A DNA stretch of 64,000 bases. Origin: a virus. Its lineage: Duplodnaviria > Heunggongvirae > Uroviricota > Caudoviricetes > Crassvirales. The stretch is taken from the IMG/VR virus record IMGVR_UViG_3300023112_000001. One strand, written 5' to 3'. The notes beneath the pieces were generated by a model. That model did not search any database and was not told the origin of the DNA. It was given only the letters and a program-made list of their open reading frames with translations. Positions within the stretch are counted from its first letter, which is position 1; each line of letters opens with the position of its first letter. Shown one piece after another: positions 1 to 10,309 of this stretch. The translations under genes and the position numbers were made by a program.

Positions 1-1
1 G

Positions 2-1759
2 GTCGGATTAGATCCAGCGACTGTCACATGGTTTTTAAAACAACCAGTTATTCAGGATATAACTGATAAATTTTTTGCTTCTGGTGAAGATTACGTAGAA
101 GAGTCTAATATAATTGACAAGTATAAAGAAGAGTTCGGAATAACCTCTGATCCAGAAAATGCTCCTAACTTAAATACAAAAGAGTTATTAAAAAATCTTA
201 ATAAATCTACTACAGATAAATCTCAAAAAGAGGTATTAGAGGCTTTTTTAGTATATAAAGATATGGCTAAAGATTGGACAGCTCTAGTGTTAGCTTCTCG
301 TGCTGATACCAAAGGATTTGGACCAACGCTAGCTGATTCGGAAAGTATTGTACATGCTATCAGCAAGGTTAAGGAAGACGATTTTAGCATAAGTGGGGCT
401 AAAGACTTATTTGATATTAATTCAGATAAATATAGGTTAGTTGCAGCATTTACTGAATATGGAATTAATAAACCATTAGAAATTGTAAATAAAATGTTTC
501 CTTATGCTGATCAAACTGGATTATATATGCTTTCTAAAGATTTATTATCTAATTTTATTAAAAATAGAGAATTATCTGTTAAAGAGAGAAATGTTATAAA
601 TGATCAAATAACTGCATATCTATTAAGTAAGTTTAATTTATTTAACCCAAACGATAGATCATACTATTTAAATAAGTTTCCTAAAGAATTTTTGGAATTC
701 TCAGAAAAAAATAGTACATTCGCTGATAATTATTTAGTTCGTAGACTTTTATACCAAAGCTCTAAGTCAGATAAAAATACTCCTATTGAAAGAATAGTAT
801 TTAATAATACTGGATCTCTTAATAATGAGCAAAAAAATGATATTCAGAAAGCTTGGTTAGACTTATATGAAAGTCCTGAATCTAGAGATATGGCTGAAAA
901 ACTATTTAAATATACATACTTTACTACTGGAATGTCTTTTGGAGCTAACGGTTTTTCTCATTTAATGCCTGTTGATCTTTTAACTGATAACGGCATAAAA
1001 GATAACAATTCTGTTTCTTTAGCAGATTTTATGTGGGAACTACAAGATAATAATATTTCTAGTGGCGTAAATGCAACTGAATTCATAGATCAATTTTATA
1101 GGAATAACTATAAAAGTAAAGCATTTGTTCCTAGAGTTAATGAAGAATCTACAAATGTAGACGAAACCCATAAAAACTCTAAAGGTGAAGTTATTGGATT
1201 TACTGTAACCCCAAAAGTTAAAGACAGCTCATTTATTGTTAAATCAAATAACCAAGAAATTGTTTATTCTAAATTTATTTCTTATGAAAATAAAGATAAA
1301 TCCATTAGCTTATATGAGAATAGAAGCGTTGGACCTGTAGCTACGTATGTGTTAACTAATAAATTAGGGTTTCCTAATCATGTATTTGAATATCTTCAAG
1401 GATCTGCAACGTTGACAAGCTCTTTAGATATTAATAATGTTCAGAAATATACCGTATCTGATGTATTAGGGAGCAAAGGTCCAGTTAAGAAAGTATCTCC
1501 AGCGACTAATTTTACAGATGGTAAAAAAGAGGCTACCCTTGAGGGAGATGACGCTGGTAAGTTTGATAAAGTTTCAACAAAATTAAATCCTACTAAGGAA
1601 TATATTTTAGATATAACTTATAGAGGTAAGGAATACTCAATAACACAATTACCTAACAATAAGATAGTTGACAGCAATAATCAATCCTTATCTTATAATA
1701 GCCCAAAGGCAAAATTATTTAGAGATGCTTTAGAGTTAATCAATAAAAAAACATGTTAA
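2..1759 (+). CDS. large hypothetical protein, 5'-truncated by the window edge. Frame 2 is open from nt 2, so the ORF-track start at 263 is an internal Met. Possibly virion- or tail-associated.
   Basis: No in-frame stop between nt 2 and 263; coding-like composition throughout; no recognisable catalytic motif; lies 3 nt upstream of the 1097-aa gene. Confidence 0.5.
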   Translation, partial: VGLDPATVTWFLKQPVIQDITDKFFASGEDYVEESNIIDKYKEEFGITSDPENAPNLNTKELLKNLNKSTTDKSQKEVLEAFLVYKDMAKDWTALVLASRADTKGFGPTLADSESIVHAISKVKEDDFSISGAKDLFDINSDKYRLVAAFTEYGINKPLEIVNKMFPYADQTGLYMLSKDLLSNFIKNRELSVKERNVINDQITAYLLSKFNLFNPNDRSYYLNKFPKEFLEFSEKNSTFADNYLVRRLLYQSSKSDKNTPIERIVFNNTGSLNNEQKNDIQKAWLDLYESPESRDMAEKLFKYTYFTTGMSFGANGFSHLMPVDLLTDNGIKDNNSVSLADFMWELQDNNISSGVNATEFIDQFYRNNYKSKAFVPRVNEESTNVDETHKNSKGEVIGFTVTPKVKDSSFIVKSNNQEIVYSKFISYENKDKSISLYENRSVGPVATYVLTNKLGFPNHVFEYLQGSATLTSSLDINNVQKYTVSDVLGSKGPVKKVSPATNFTDGKKEATLEGDDAGKFDKVSTKLNPTKEYILDITYRGKEYSITQLPNNKIVDSNNQSLSYNSPKAKLFRDALELINKKTC

Positions 1760-1762
1760 AAT

Positions 1763-4700
1763 ATGGCAAGAAGTTGCACTATAAATGATGCTCGAACAAA
1801 AAGAGCTAAAGAATATTTTGGAGAAAAAGATTTTAGAGTTATTTCTGAAAAAGGCATGGGTGGTTTTAATTTTGAGATCACCTCTCCTTATGGCAATAAA
1901 ATTGTTAATAGCCAATTATTTCAAGATATATTAAATGATGATAGATTATCTCATTTAAATTTAGAAGAGCTTGCTGAAAAAGCTTTTGATATATATTTAG
2001 ATTCATTTTCAGATGAATTTGTATCAAAACATGGCGAATGGACTAAGACTGGCAGAGGCTTTAAAGGCTCTAGATATTCTAATACTGGAGAGCCTAATAT
2101 TAGAATTGTATTTCCTAAAAAAACTAAAAAATCAACAGAACAGGAGTCTGAAAAGGCTATAGATTTTCTAAAAAGAACTGTTTCTGAATTAGAAGAGAAG
2201 ATAACTGTTTTAGATAAAAAAGCTACAACGGCAGAAGCTGAAGAAGAGGTTGCTAGATTGACTGAGCTTAAGGCAAGGCTTGAAAAATCATTAAAAGATG
2301 ATGAAATGGTTCTTGGTGTTAGAGAATATTTAGATCAATATTTATTAAATAAAGAGATTCCTAAAATATTAACAGTTTTAGAAGATATAAAATCTGGAGA
2401 AAGAGATATTACCGATAGGACTATTGTATGGATGGAAGATTTTATTATGCTACATAAGCCTAATCTGCAAAGGTTACACGTAGCTTTAAATAGTTCACCT
2501 GAATTACAAGCTGAATATGAGAAAGATTTAAAAACCATTATAGAGGAAGTAGAGAAGCAATTAGGTATAATTGAAAGTTATGCTACTTCTTATGCTGAAG
2601 ATTCTGTAATAGATGTTACTTACAATGTTTATAATAAAGGCGGTAAGGAAAAGTTTAGTAGAGATACCATTAAGGGATGGTACGAAGATACTGTTAAAGG
2701 TATTAGCGGTTTATCGAGATGGTTTGGTATTAAAACCTCAGCAGGAGATCCTGTAATAAGGATGGTTGCTGAAATGATCTATAAGATCAAATATAATATA
2801 GATAGGGTAGTTAATCCAGCTACAGATAAGCTTATAGATCTTCAAATGGATTTACATAAGGCTGGATTTAAAGATATGTCTATATTTAATGAAAAATATA
2901 ATGGCAAGCGTACTGGATTTTTAATAAATAAATATAAATGGGGTGAGCTGTATACTGCTAAAGAAAATCTTCAAGCGGAATTAGTTAAAACATTTAAAGT
3001 GGATAACTATGAGCAGGTTCTTTCTATGAAAGAAACATTAAAATCTTCTGATCCTAAATTAATAAAATTTAAGAAATTAAATGAAGCCTATAGTAAAAAG
3101 TATAAGGTTCATGGTAAAGACAGAGCTCCTATAAATAAAGAGTTTGAAAAGCTTATGGAAAATAAGGCTTTTGCAAATTATTATAACGCTTTATACGATG
3201 TTCATACTAAATCTAAAGCTAGATTGACTAGCAAATTCCAAACTGGAATACATAAATATATGCTTCCTCAAATAAGAAATAACGAGTTAGAAGTGTTGCA
3301 AAATCAAGGCGTAAAAGAAGCTGCTAAAGTTACATATAGAAAGGGCAAGGAGGTATTTAAAACTACTGAAGATGATATAGAATTTGGCGATATTAATAGG
3401 GATAAGAATGGTAAGATTATGAAGGTGATCCCTATTCATTATACTAGCAAATTGCCCAATCAAGAAGAGTTGTCAAATGATGTAACCTCAATGTATCATA
3501 ATTTTTATAAGATGGCTGAAAATTTTCGTCAAATGAGTGAAAATGTTGACACCCTTGAACTAATATATAGAGCTATGGGTAAGCGTAAGATAGAGACTAA
3601 GCAATCTGCAGCTTCTGTTGAAGACTTACTTAAATCAGAAGTTTATGGTCAAGCTCTTAAAGAAATAACCGTAGATGTTTTAGGCACAAAAGTTAATGTC
3701 TCAAAGGTATTACAGACAGCATTAGTAAAATATCCTGCTTCTGTCAATATGTTTATGAATATGCCAGTTACTATTTCTGGTGCAGCTAAAGCTGAGGTTG
3801 ATAAATACATGGAAGTTATGGCTGGAAAGTTTATGACTCCGTCGTCGGTAATTACAGCTAAAAAAGAGTATTTAAAGAATATACATAGTTCTATTTCTGA
3901 ACTAGGTAGTCGCAAAAAGACGAATAAGTTCGATTTAATGCTTAAATACCTTCAAGTGGATGATGTACTCCATAAAGCTTATAGAAACCTTAATATCGAC
4001 TCTAAAGCCCTTAGACAGGCTCATTCTGATTTAGCATATGTATCTATGATGCCTCATGCATACGCTCTAGCTGTTAAAAATGCTTTAGGTATAATGTATA
4101 ATTATAGATTAGTTAATGGTGAATTTATTACAGAATACGACTTAAAGCAAAAATATAAAGAAAAATCTGGCAAGATTAGTAATAAGGAATTCAAAGAGAC
4201 TGCAGAATATAAAGAATTTAAAGATGAGTGGTCTAAAAGCAAAGATAAATCTTTATATGATGCTTATACTATTACTGATAACCAATTCACAATTAAACCT
4301 GAATACAAGAAGTATATAAGTAAGGATTTTGAATATAAAGTCTCTAAAATAACTAGAAACCTAACAGATCAAATGGAGGGAAAACGTAACTCTTTAGATA
4401 AAGCTGGTATTGATATGCATCCTCTAGGTAGAGCTATAATGCTCCATAGGGGTTGGATTCCAAAATTAGCTTCTCAAAGATTTAAGACTGGCGGATTTGA
4501 TCTTTCCCTAGAAGAAGAAAATGAAGGCTTCTATAGAACTGTTGGTAGGTTAACCGCCAATATGTTTAGCATGACTGATGGTAATATTAGATTTAAACTT
4601 GCTAAATGGAATGAGCTGGAGGAGTTTGAGAAGCGAAATACTGTTAGATTTATGTCTGACTTAGTAGCTTTAATGGTTATAAGCTTGATGGCTACTGTTT

Positions 4701-5056
4701 TAAATAAAATTGCAGATGATGACGAAGAAGATAAGTGGGCTATAGAATATGCTGCTTATCAAATTAATAGATTATTGCTTGAGCAAAAAGCTATGAGTCC
4801 AATACCATTTTTAGGAGGTGGTATGAATGAATTATTTAATACTCTTAAATCGCCAGCAGCAGGTATAAACCAATGGGAGAAAATTACTAATATAAGTAGC
4901 TTATTTATGGATATGGGTGATGAGATTAATTCTGGACCTTATAAAGGGATGTCTAAATGGCAAAGGTTTTTAATACAGCAGGGTCATCTTAAGAATTTAT
5001 ATGAAATACAGTTCCCTAAATCAAAGAACTCATTCATGAAGTCGCAAATCTTATAG
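1763..5056 (+). CDS. large hypothetical protein (1097 aa), charged and coiled-coil rich; possible virion structural or ejected protein.
   Basis: Uninterrupted 3.3-kb ORF tightly coupled to the upstream gene and followed by a hairpin plus T-run terminator; no motif-level identification. Confidence 0.5.
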   Translation: MARSCTINDARTKRAKEYFGEKDFRVISEKGMGGFNFEITSPYGNKIVNSQLFQDILNDDRLSHLNLEELAEKAFDIYLDSFSDEFVSKHGEWTKTGRGFKGSRYSNTGEPNIRIVFPKKTKKSTEQESEKAIDFLKRTVSELEEKITVLDKKATTAEAEEEVARLTELKARLEKSLKDDEMVLGVREYLDQYLLNKEIPKILTVLEDIKSGERDITDRTIVWMEDFIMLHKPNLQRLHVALNSSPELQAEYEKDLKTIIEEVEKQLGIIESYATSYAEDSVIDVTYNVYNKGGKEKFSRDTIKGWYEDTVKGISGLSRWFGIKTSAGDPVIRMVAEMIYKIKYNIDRVVNPATDKLIDLQMDLHKAGFKDMSIFNEKYNGKRTGFLINKYKWGELYTAKENLQAELVKTFKVDNYEQVLSMKETLKSSDPKLIKFKKLNEAYSKKYKVHGKDRAPINKEFEKLMENKAFANYYNALYDVHTKSKARLTSKFQTGIHKYMLPQIRNNELEVLQNQGVKEAAKVTYRKGKEVFKTTEDDIEFGDINRDKNGKIMKVIPIHYTSKLPNQEELSNDVTSMYHNFYKMAENFRQMSENVDTLELIYRAMGKRKIETKQSAASVEDLLKSEVYGQALKEITVDVLGTKVNVSKVLQTALVKYPASVNMFMNMPVTISGAAKAEVDKYMEVMAGKFMTPSSVITAKKEYLKNIHSSISELGSRKKTNKFDLMLKYLQVDDVLHKAYRNLNIDSKALRQAHSDLAYVSMMPHAYALAVKNALGIMYNYRLVNGEFITEYDLKQKYKEKSGKISNKEFKETAEYKEFKDEWSKSKDKSLYDAYTITDNQFTIKPEYKKYISKDFEYKVSKITRNLTDQMEGKRNSLDKAGIDMHPLGRAIMLHRGWIPKLASQRFKTGGFDLSLEEENEGFYRTVGRLTANMFSMTDGNIRFKLAKWNELEEFEKRNTVRFMSDLVALMVISLMATVLNKIADDDEEDKWAIEYAAYQINRLLLEQKAMSPIPFLGGGMNELFNTLKSPAAGINQWEKITNISSLFMDMGDEINSGPYKGMSKWQRFLIQQGHLKNLYEIQFPKSKNSFMKSQIL

Positions 5057-5101
5057 AAAGTATGTATAGGAGTCGGTTTAAAAAGAATTAATTTAATTAA
5101 T

Positions 5102-5132
5102 AGGAGTAGCACAAAACTACTCCTTATTTTTT
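5102..5132 (+). terminator. rho-independent terminator (likely bidirectional) between convergent genes.
   Basis: Hairpin AGGAGTAG-cacaaaa-CTACTCCT followed by TATTTTTT; sits between a + gene ending at 5056 and a - gene ending at 5117. Confidence 0.6.
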
Positions 5133-5347
5133 AATAATACCTTAATTGATTTTTGTAATTGTTTTATACAGGATTTATGATTTTCAATTTCTTCTTCTTT
5201 AAATAAAAGATCAGAATACATTTCTGATTCACTACTATTTAATTTAATTAATTCGCTTTGATGTTTTTCTATAATTTTAGATAACATTTTTACGCTATAA
5301 TCCATAATATATTTATTGTATAAATTTAAAAAAGGAGTAGTTGTCAA
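5117..5347 (-). CDS. small hypothetical protein (76 aa), coiled-coil-like.
   Basis: ORF at the distal end of the minus-strand block; no motifs. Confidence 0.35.
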   Translation of the reverse strand: MTTTPFLNLYNKYIMDYSVKMLSKIIEKHQSELIKLNSSESEMYSDLLFKEEEIENHKSCIKQLQKSIKVLLKNKE

Positions 5348-5361
5348 CCACCCCTTTTTTT

Positions 5362-5985
5362 TTAAATAAAGTTTTTATAATTATCTTTAATTTTATCCAA
5401 TCTATGTAGCTCATATTTTTCAATTATGAATTTAATTTTAAAAGCATACATGGGATCTGTTGCATAACCTCCATTTTTAACTAAATGAGCCGCTTCTTTG
5501 TAATTTGAAGCAGCCCCTATATTATATCTTTTGTTATTATGGAGTAAATTAGATACTGCTCTAATGTTATCAGCTTTAGAATTATATTTTTGAAAACTAT
5601 CTGTTATAGTAATAAATTTACTACCATCCCATTCTTTAGTCTTCCTAACATGTCCTTTGCCTTTAATACCGAAATAATTGTTTCCTATAGAGTGTTTACC
5701 CCAACCAGTTTCTATTATAGCCATAGCTATAATTACTGACGGGTAACTGTCGCAATTTTCAATAATTAAACTTAAATTTTCTTCGGTTAGAAAGTTCTTA
5801 GCACTAGAAGAGTATTTATATTTAACCCCTACGTCTGCCGTATACGAACTTAATTCTTTTTGAAAATTAATTATATTAACCGCTTTCATTACATCGTAAT
5901 TACTTATATTAATTACCGCTGACGGTACAGTTATAATTGATATAAAGCATAAACTGATAATAAAAAATAGTTTTTTCATATTCAT
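5362..5985 (-). CDS. secreted mannosyl-glycoprotein endo-beta-N-acetylglucosaminidase-family protein (glucosaminidase domain); a peptidoglycan hydrolase, possibly lysin or virion-associated.
   Basis: N-terminal signal/TM peptide MNMKKLFFIISLCFISIITVPSA; glucosaminidase signature IAMAIIETGWGKHSIGNNYFGIKG (compare the AQAxLESGWGKS...NNLFGIK motif of FlgJ/Lyz2 enzymes). Confidence 0.7.
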   Translation of the reverse strand: MNMKKLFFIISLCFISIITVPSAVINISNYDVMKAVNIINFQKELSSYTADVGVKYKYSSSAKNFLTEENLSLIIENCDSYPSVIIAMAIIETGWGKHSIGNNYFGIKGKGHVRKTKEWDGSKFITITDSFQKYNSKADNIRAVSNLLHNNKRYNIGAASNYKEAAHLVKNGGYATDPMYAFKIKFIIEKYELHRLDKIKDNYKNFI

Positions 5986-6062
5986 TTTTTTTAAAAAAGG
6001 TCACGAAGATAAGTAAAATAATTGAATTAACCAACTATTTTACCTATTTTCGTATATATAAT

Positions 6063-6674
6063 TTAATTTTGTGTAATTAAATTACTTAGAGGTAATAATT
6101 CAATTTGCTTGCAAAAATACTTCCATTCGTCTAATTTATGATTTTTACGTTGATTGTAAATTGTTTTTAATTGAAGATAGTTTGTAGATATTCCCATCCA
6201 TTTTAAGTATCCAGATGGAAGATTAGCTATTATATTTTTAAAAAATTCACTTTTTTGAATAGAATCTTTTGTGTTATTATATCCATAAATATATTTATTT
6301 AAGGTATCTATAAATGCTAAACTTACATTTGGTATAAAATCATTCTTAGTCAAATTTCTACTAGTAATCTTATGCATCTTGCTCTGACTACTGACAATAT
6401 CTATCCAATTGTATCTCTGCAATTGAGGGCTAAAATATTCTGGATATCGTAAATCAAATTGAACTATAACTCCTTTTAAGAAATTATCATGACCTGTACC
6501 AGACTTTACTTTTGCTAACTTTTCTGCTCTTTGAATATTATTATCTAAATTAATAGTCTCATGTAATCCATTTGCGATATCATTTATATCAATAGGATCA
6601 CCTGTTGTCATAGGATAACCGCTACGAAGTATTGATTCTTCTAAACCATATACTTTTACATTTTTAATTTCCAT
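6063..6674 (-). CDS. hypothetical protein (203 aa).
   Basis: ORF overlaps the downstream gene by 11 nt (operon-like); no recognisable motif. Tpt1-type RNA 2'-phosphotransferase was considered, but its motifs are not seen. Confidence 0.5.
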   Translation of the reverse strand: MEIKNVKVYGLEESILRSGYPMTTGDPIDINDIANGLHETINLDNNIQRAEKLAKVKSGTGHDNFLKGVIVQFDLRYPEYFSPQLQRYNWIDIVSSQSKMHKITSRNLTKNDFIPNVSLAFIDTLNKYIYGYNNTKDSIQKSEFFKNIIANLPSGYLKWMGISTNYLQLKTIYNQRKNHKLDEWKYFCKQIELLPLSNLITQN

Positions 6675-7068
6675 TAACTTTACTTTTTAACACTATTTTT
6701 TTGTATTGATCTTTGCAAATCTTTACTAATTCAGGATCGTTAAATGAATATTGATCTGGTATATCTAATATATAAGATCTTTTTTTAGCATTTAACCTCT
6801 CAATATCATGCTTTACTTCATTATAATTTTCCCTATTTACAAATACTATTTCATCAGCCCATGATATTAACGCCTCGCTAATTGGTATTAAAGCATACGC
6901 TTCAACAGTACCGCAATTCCTAACATTATATCCATATTCTTTTATAAGCATGTTCTGCAAAGTTGCTGATCGTAACAACCCTGCCGAACATACTGTTAAA
7001 ACTTTTTTAACCTTTCCTTGAAACGAATTATTTATATTAAATAGCTGATTCCTGCTTCCCTTTATCAT
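6664..7068 (-). CDS. low-molecular-weight protein-tyrosine-phosphatase / arsenate-reductase-like phosphatase.
   Basis: P-loop VLTVCSAGLLRSAT matches the C-X5-R(S/T) LMW-PTP signature near the N-terminus; DP dipeptide (NDPELV) where the general-acid Asp is expected; 134 aa. Confidence 0.6.
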   Translation of the reverse strand: MIKGSRNQLFNINNSFQGKVKKVLTVCSAGLLRSATLQNMLIKEYGYNVRNCGTVEAYALIPISEALISWADEIVFVNRENYNEVKHDIERLNAKKRSYILDIPDQYSFNDPELVKICKDQYKKIVLKSKVNGN

Positions 7069-7762
7069 ATTCTAAATATATTCCATTATTAACATTAACG
7101 TATTTTAAATTTTTAACGCAAGCATTTACAAATTCAGTTTTTAATCCTGATTGATTTGGTTTAAATATACCACAATTATATACTCCACCTTCATCATGTA
7201 AATGCCCAAATATATGATATTTTGGATTGATTTCAGTCACTTTATTTAATAAAGCTTTGTCTCCAACTTTTTCATAATAATTAGAATGAGCAATTGTGTA
7301 ATCTAATATTCCTTTTGGTGGCCCATGAGTGACTATTATATCTGTATTTAATGGTATATCTTCCCAATAATTACTTATTTTGTGTCTTGGAACATTATAT
7401 GCCCATCCATGTCCAAAAGTTGGCGTATATGGGCTCCCAAATATATTAACTCCTTCTAACGTAATGCTTTCATGAATTAATACAGTAATATTTGGGTAAT
7501 CTTGCTTAAAATTATGAAATTTAGCCTCTACGCTTGTATCGTGATTTCCAGGAACGTATACTTTATGTTTATATGGTAGTTTATTAAACCATTCTAAAAA
7601 ACTTCTCATTTGACCATCATTAATAGATAAGTCTCTATGCCCTCCAGCGTCACCAGAATGTATAACCATGTCTACTTCTTCTGGATTTGGCGGTATTAAC
7701 CTATGATGATCACAATGAGTATCGCTTATAGCCCATATCTTTATTTTATCTTTTTCTTCCAT
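7037..7762 (-). CDS. calcineurin-like metallophosphoesterase (candidate RNA 2',3'-cyclic phosphodiesterase / 3'-phosphatase).
   Basis: Metallophosphoesterase motifs ISDTHCDHH (D-x-H), HSGDAGGH (GD-x-x), VPGNHDT (GNH[DE]), GHLH. Confidence 0.75.
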   Translation of the reverse strand: MEEKDKIKIWAISDTHCDHHRLIPPNPEEVDMVIHSGDAGGHRDLSINDGQMRSFLEWFNKLPYKHKVYVPGNHDTSVEAKFHNFKQDYPNITVLIHESITLEGVNIFGSPYTPTFGHGWAYNVPRHKISNYWEDIPLNTDIIVTHGPPKGILDYTIAHSNYYEKVGDKALLNKVTEINPKYHIFGHLHDEGGVYNCGIFKPNQSGLKTEFVNACVKNLKYVNVNNGIYLEYDKGKQESAI

Positions 7763-8402
7763 CTACTATATCTATTTTGGTATTTTCCATAACCTTTCTA
7801 ACTTCATTAAAGCTAATTGGCTTATATTCACCAAATAATTTAAATATATTATCCACTCCAACATCTAATTGCTTTCCTTTAGGTTTATAATTACCATGAT
7901 TATGACCGTGTAGATTCCAACTGCCTCTATGTTGCTCACTCCAAACAGCTATAGGGAAATGCATTATAGTTATCATATGCCCATCTATAGATATTTCCAA
8001 GTATCTTTGATAAGAACTAAATAATTCCTGAGCATTAATCCCAAATTCTTTATTATTATCAATATGTTGATCATGATTACCGCCAATTAAATGTATGGTT
8101 TTGCAAATTATTTGCTTTCTAAATTTCCATATATTTCTCCAACCGCCAAATGACCAATCTCCTAAATGAAATAATATATCATCCTCTTTAACATATTTAT
8201 TAATATTATCAACAATATGTTGTGACATTTCTTTTGTAGTTTTAAAGTCTCTACAATTGTCAGGACTAGCGTCATTCCAAGAAGATTCTCCTAAAGTAAT
8301 ATTTTTATGCCCATAGTGGGAGTCTGATGTAAACCATATATTTCGCTCTTTTGATTTAAGTTTCAACATATTTACTCTCCATTTTATTAAGCCATTCAAC
8401 AA
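7746..8402 (-). CDS. calcineurin-like metallophosphoesterase (second paralogue).
   Basis: Motifs FTSDSHYGH, HLGDWSFGG, IGGNHDQH, HGHNH; overlaps the neighbouring genes. Confidence 0.75.
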   Translation of the reverse strand: MLNGLIKWRVNMLKLKSKERNIWFTSDSHYGHKNITLGESSWNDASPDNCRDFKTTKEMSQHIVDNINKYVKEDDILFHLGDWSFGGWRNIWKFRKQIICKTIHLIGGNHDQHIDNNKEFGINAQELFSSYQRYLEISIDGHMITIMHFPIAVWSEQHRGSWNLHGHNHGNYKPKGKQLDVGVDNIFKLFGEYKPISFNEVRKVMENTKIDIVDGRKR

Positions 8403-8586
8403 GATTTTGAACTATTTTTTGAGAATAATTTGTATCCCCAGTAATAATCCAATCTGGTATAGTATATATCATCATCCAAATTATAGATAATATAAATACA
8501 CAGGTAAATATTATAATACCTATAACTATAAGTAATCTTTTAATCATAATATTTATTATAAAAATATTTAATAACTTTAAATCCAA
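8356..8586 (-). CDS. small membrane protein (76 aa).
   Basis: Strongly hydrophobic segment LLIVIGIIIFTCVFILSIIWMMIY; the ORF overlaps both neighbours and could be spurious. Confidence 0.35.
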   Translation of the reverse strand: MDLKLLNIFIINIMIKRLLIVIGIIIFTCVFILSIIWMMIYTIPDWIITGDTNYSQKIVQNLVEWLNKMESKYVET

Positions 8587-8986
8587 CTTTTTTTTCTCCT
8601 AAGAACCCTCTCTTTATATCTCTATACACACATTTCCAAAAAGGAGTCTCAAATCTTTTAAACTCTAACTCTATATTTAGATTCTTATTAGGTGTTTTTA
8701 TATTTCCAAGTAGATCATACCAAGAATTAATAGTTGATTTATTTAAATTTGTAGCATCTACAACAACATTATATTCAGATTGCAATGCAAGTTCTACGGA
8801 ATGCATTTCAAGCTTTGTTATAAGTTTCTCTCTATTTGGAACCCAATACTTCCCACACATCTCCCTTATATCATCTCTGCATACCCTAATCCATGTTGTT
8901 GGATTTTCTTTTGCCAGTTTTAAAGCAAAGGTGCTCTTACCTGAAGCAGGAGCACCTTGTAATATCAATAATTTAATTGTTTTCAT
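8540..8986 (-). CDS. P-loop polynucleotide 5'-kinase-like protein (the kinase domain of a T4 Pnk / bacterial Pnkp-type RNA-repair enzyme).
   Basis: Walker A ILQGAPASGKSTFA at the N-terminus followed by RVCRDDIRE (compare T4 Pnk K15, D35, R38); 148 aa; immediately downstream of the RNA ligase gene. Confidence 0.6.
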   Translation of the reverse strand: MKTIKLLILQGAPASGKSTFALKLAKENPTTWIRVCRDDIREMCGKYWVPNREKLITKLEMHSVELALQSEYNVVVDATNLNKSTINSWYDLLGNIKTPNKNLNIELEFKRFETPFWKCVYRDIKRGFLGEKKVGFKVIKYFYNKYYD

Positions 8987-10309
8987 TTAATTTAAATCTT
9001 CTTGATCAATAACTCCTTTATCTTTATCTCCAGATTCTTTTAATCTAAAAGCATCGCTTTTATACTTAAGACATTCCCAATTTCCTTGCTCGTTAATAAA
9101 CCAAACAACTACACCTTCTTTAAGTGTGTCGTTAGCTAATTCAGACTGCCCTTGAGCATAATTAACAATTTTTTCTTCAAGAATCTCCATAGATCTTTTA
9201 GTTCCAGAAAAATACACTTTCTCAAATAAATGAGGTTTTTCTAATCCTAACTCTTCAGCTCTATTATAAACATATTCTCTAGAATAATCTACAACTTTAC
9301 CATCTTCATTATTCATTGTAATGCGATACAATAAATTACGATAAGGTTGGTTATCATATTCTAATTGTAACTCTAGTCCACCTTCTCCTTTATCTTTTCT
9401 TATATGAGGCTCACATCCATATGGAAATCCTTTTTGAATTTGCTTACCAGTTTTTTCATATCCAAATAACTCCATATAAAGCTGCTCTCCTTTAAATAAT
9501 TTCTGAGCTTTAAGGTTTTCTAAAACTTCTTCTCTCATAGTATTATCATGATATGGAGATTTTTGAGTATCTGGAGTATGAACTACTCTACGAGTACCAT
9601 TAAGATATTCCCAATTAGATACATGAGCACCTTTATTTAAACGATTTTTCTTTTTAGAAATAATATTCCAAATCAAAAGTTTAAATATATTAATGGGCTT
9701 CTCTTTAATCACATTAACATGCCCAGTTCTATGAGACGTTCCATGAACTTTTTCTTCAATATAACATATTGTTTGAGCTGGAATCCTATGTTTGTTACGC
9801 ATAAACTGAGATGTATCCCAATGTTCTACAAACATAGGGGCTTTAAAAGCTTTTCTTCCAGAATTTTTCTTACCATTATTATGATTATCACTATGATGTA
9901 TTAATGGTATATATTTTTCGCAAAATTTACCCCCATTAATAGAATCGAACTCTTCACCTATATCATAATCTGATTTTATTACACCTAAGTAAGATAAGTA
10001 TTCAAATTGGAATAAAAATCCATCAGATGTTTCTCCGCGCATTTTAATGCATTTTACCCTACCATCATCTCCAAAATATCCTGATTTGGTTTTATCAGCA
10101 TTTAATTCTGAATGACGATATAAGTTATTTGCATGTAAGAAATTATCAGACATTTTCATATTAGAATCTATATAGATCATAATATCTCCTACCTTAACAT
10201 CTTTTCCCGTAATTACTTGAGTTCCAAATAGTTTTACTAATTGGATTCTATCCATTCCAGGAATCTCTTCTGTTTTGTTTATTTGTACTACTACTGCTTG
10301 ATTATTCAT
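8987..10309 (-). CDS. ATP-dependent RNA ligase (Rnl2/Rnl5-like nucleotidyltransferase); start reassigned to the internal Met of MNNQAVVV.
   Basis: Ligase motif I EEKVHGTS (compare T4 Rnl2 KIHGTN), motif III LYMELFG, motif IV EGVVVWF, motif V LKYKSDAF; an N-terminal roughly 170-aa extra domain as in the Deinococcus/Naegleria-type (DraRnl/NgrRnl) RNA ligases. The ORF-track N-terminus (MIKILFY...) overlaps the next gene out of frame. Confidence 0.7.
   Translation of the reverse strand: MNNQAVVVQINKTEEIPGMDRIQLVKLFGTQVITGKDVKVGDIMIYIDSNMKMSDNFLHANNLYRHSELNADKTKSGYFGDDGRVKCIKMRGETSDGFLFQFEYLSYLGVIKSDYDIGEEFDSINGGKFCEKYIPLIHHSDNHNNGKKNSGRKAFKAPMFVEHWDTSQFMRNKHRIPAQTICYIEEKVHGTSHRTGHVNVIKEKPINIFKLLIWNIISKKKNRLNKGAHVSNWEYLNGTRRVVHTPDTQKSPYHDNTMREEVLENLKAQKLFKGEQLYMELFGYEKTGKQIQKGFPYGCEPHIRKDKGEGGLELQLEYDNQPYRNLLYRITMNNEDGKVVDYSREYVYNRAEELGLEKPHLFEKVYFSGTKRSMEILEEKIVNYAQGQSELANDTLKEGVVVWFINEQGNWECLKYKSDAFRLKESGDKDKGVIDQEDLN

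Noticed and set aside
6063-6674. 203-aa protein as Tpt1/KptA RNA 2'-phosphotransferase, which would complete the RNA-repair set.
   Set aside because: The conserved Tpt1 Arg/His motifs (LRH...HGT...RH) are absent.
8540-8986. P-loop kinase as a 5-hydroxymethyluracil DNA kinase (hypermodification pathway).
   Set aside because: It is only 148 aa, has the T4-Pnk-like D-x-x-R arrangement after the Walker A motif, and sits in an operon with an RNA ligase and phosphoesterases. The RNA end-healing role is the better-supported call. The alternative cannot be excluded without profile searches.
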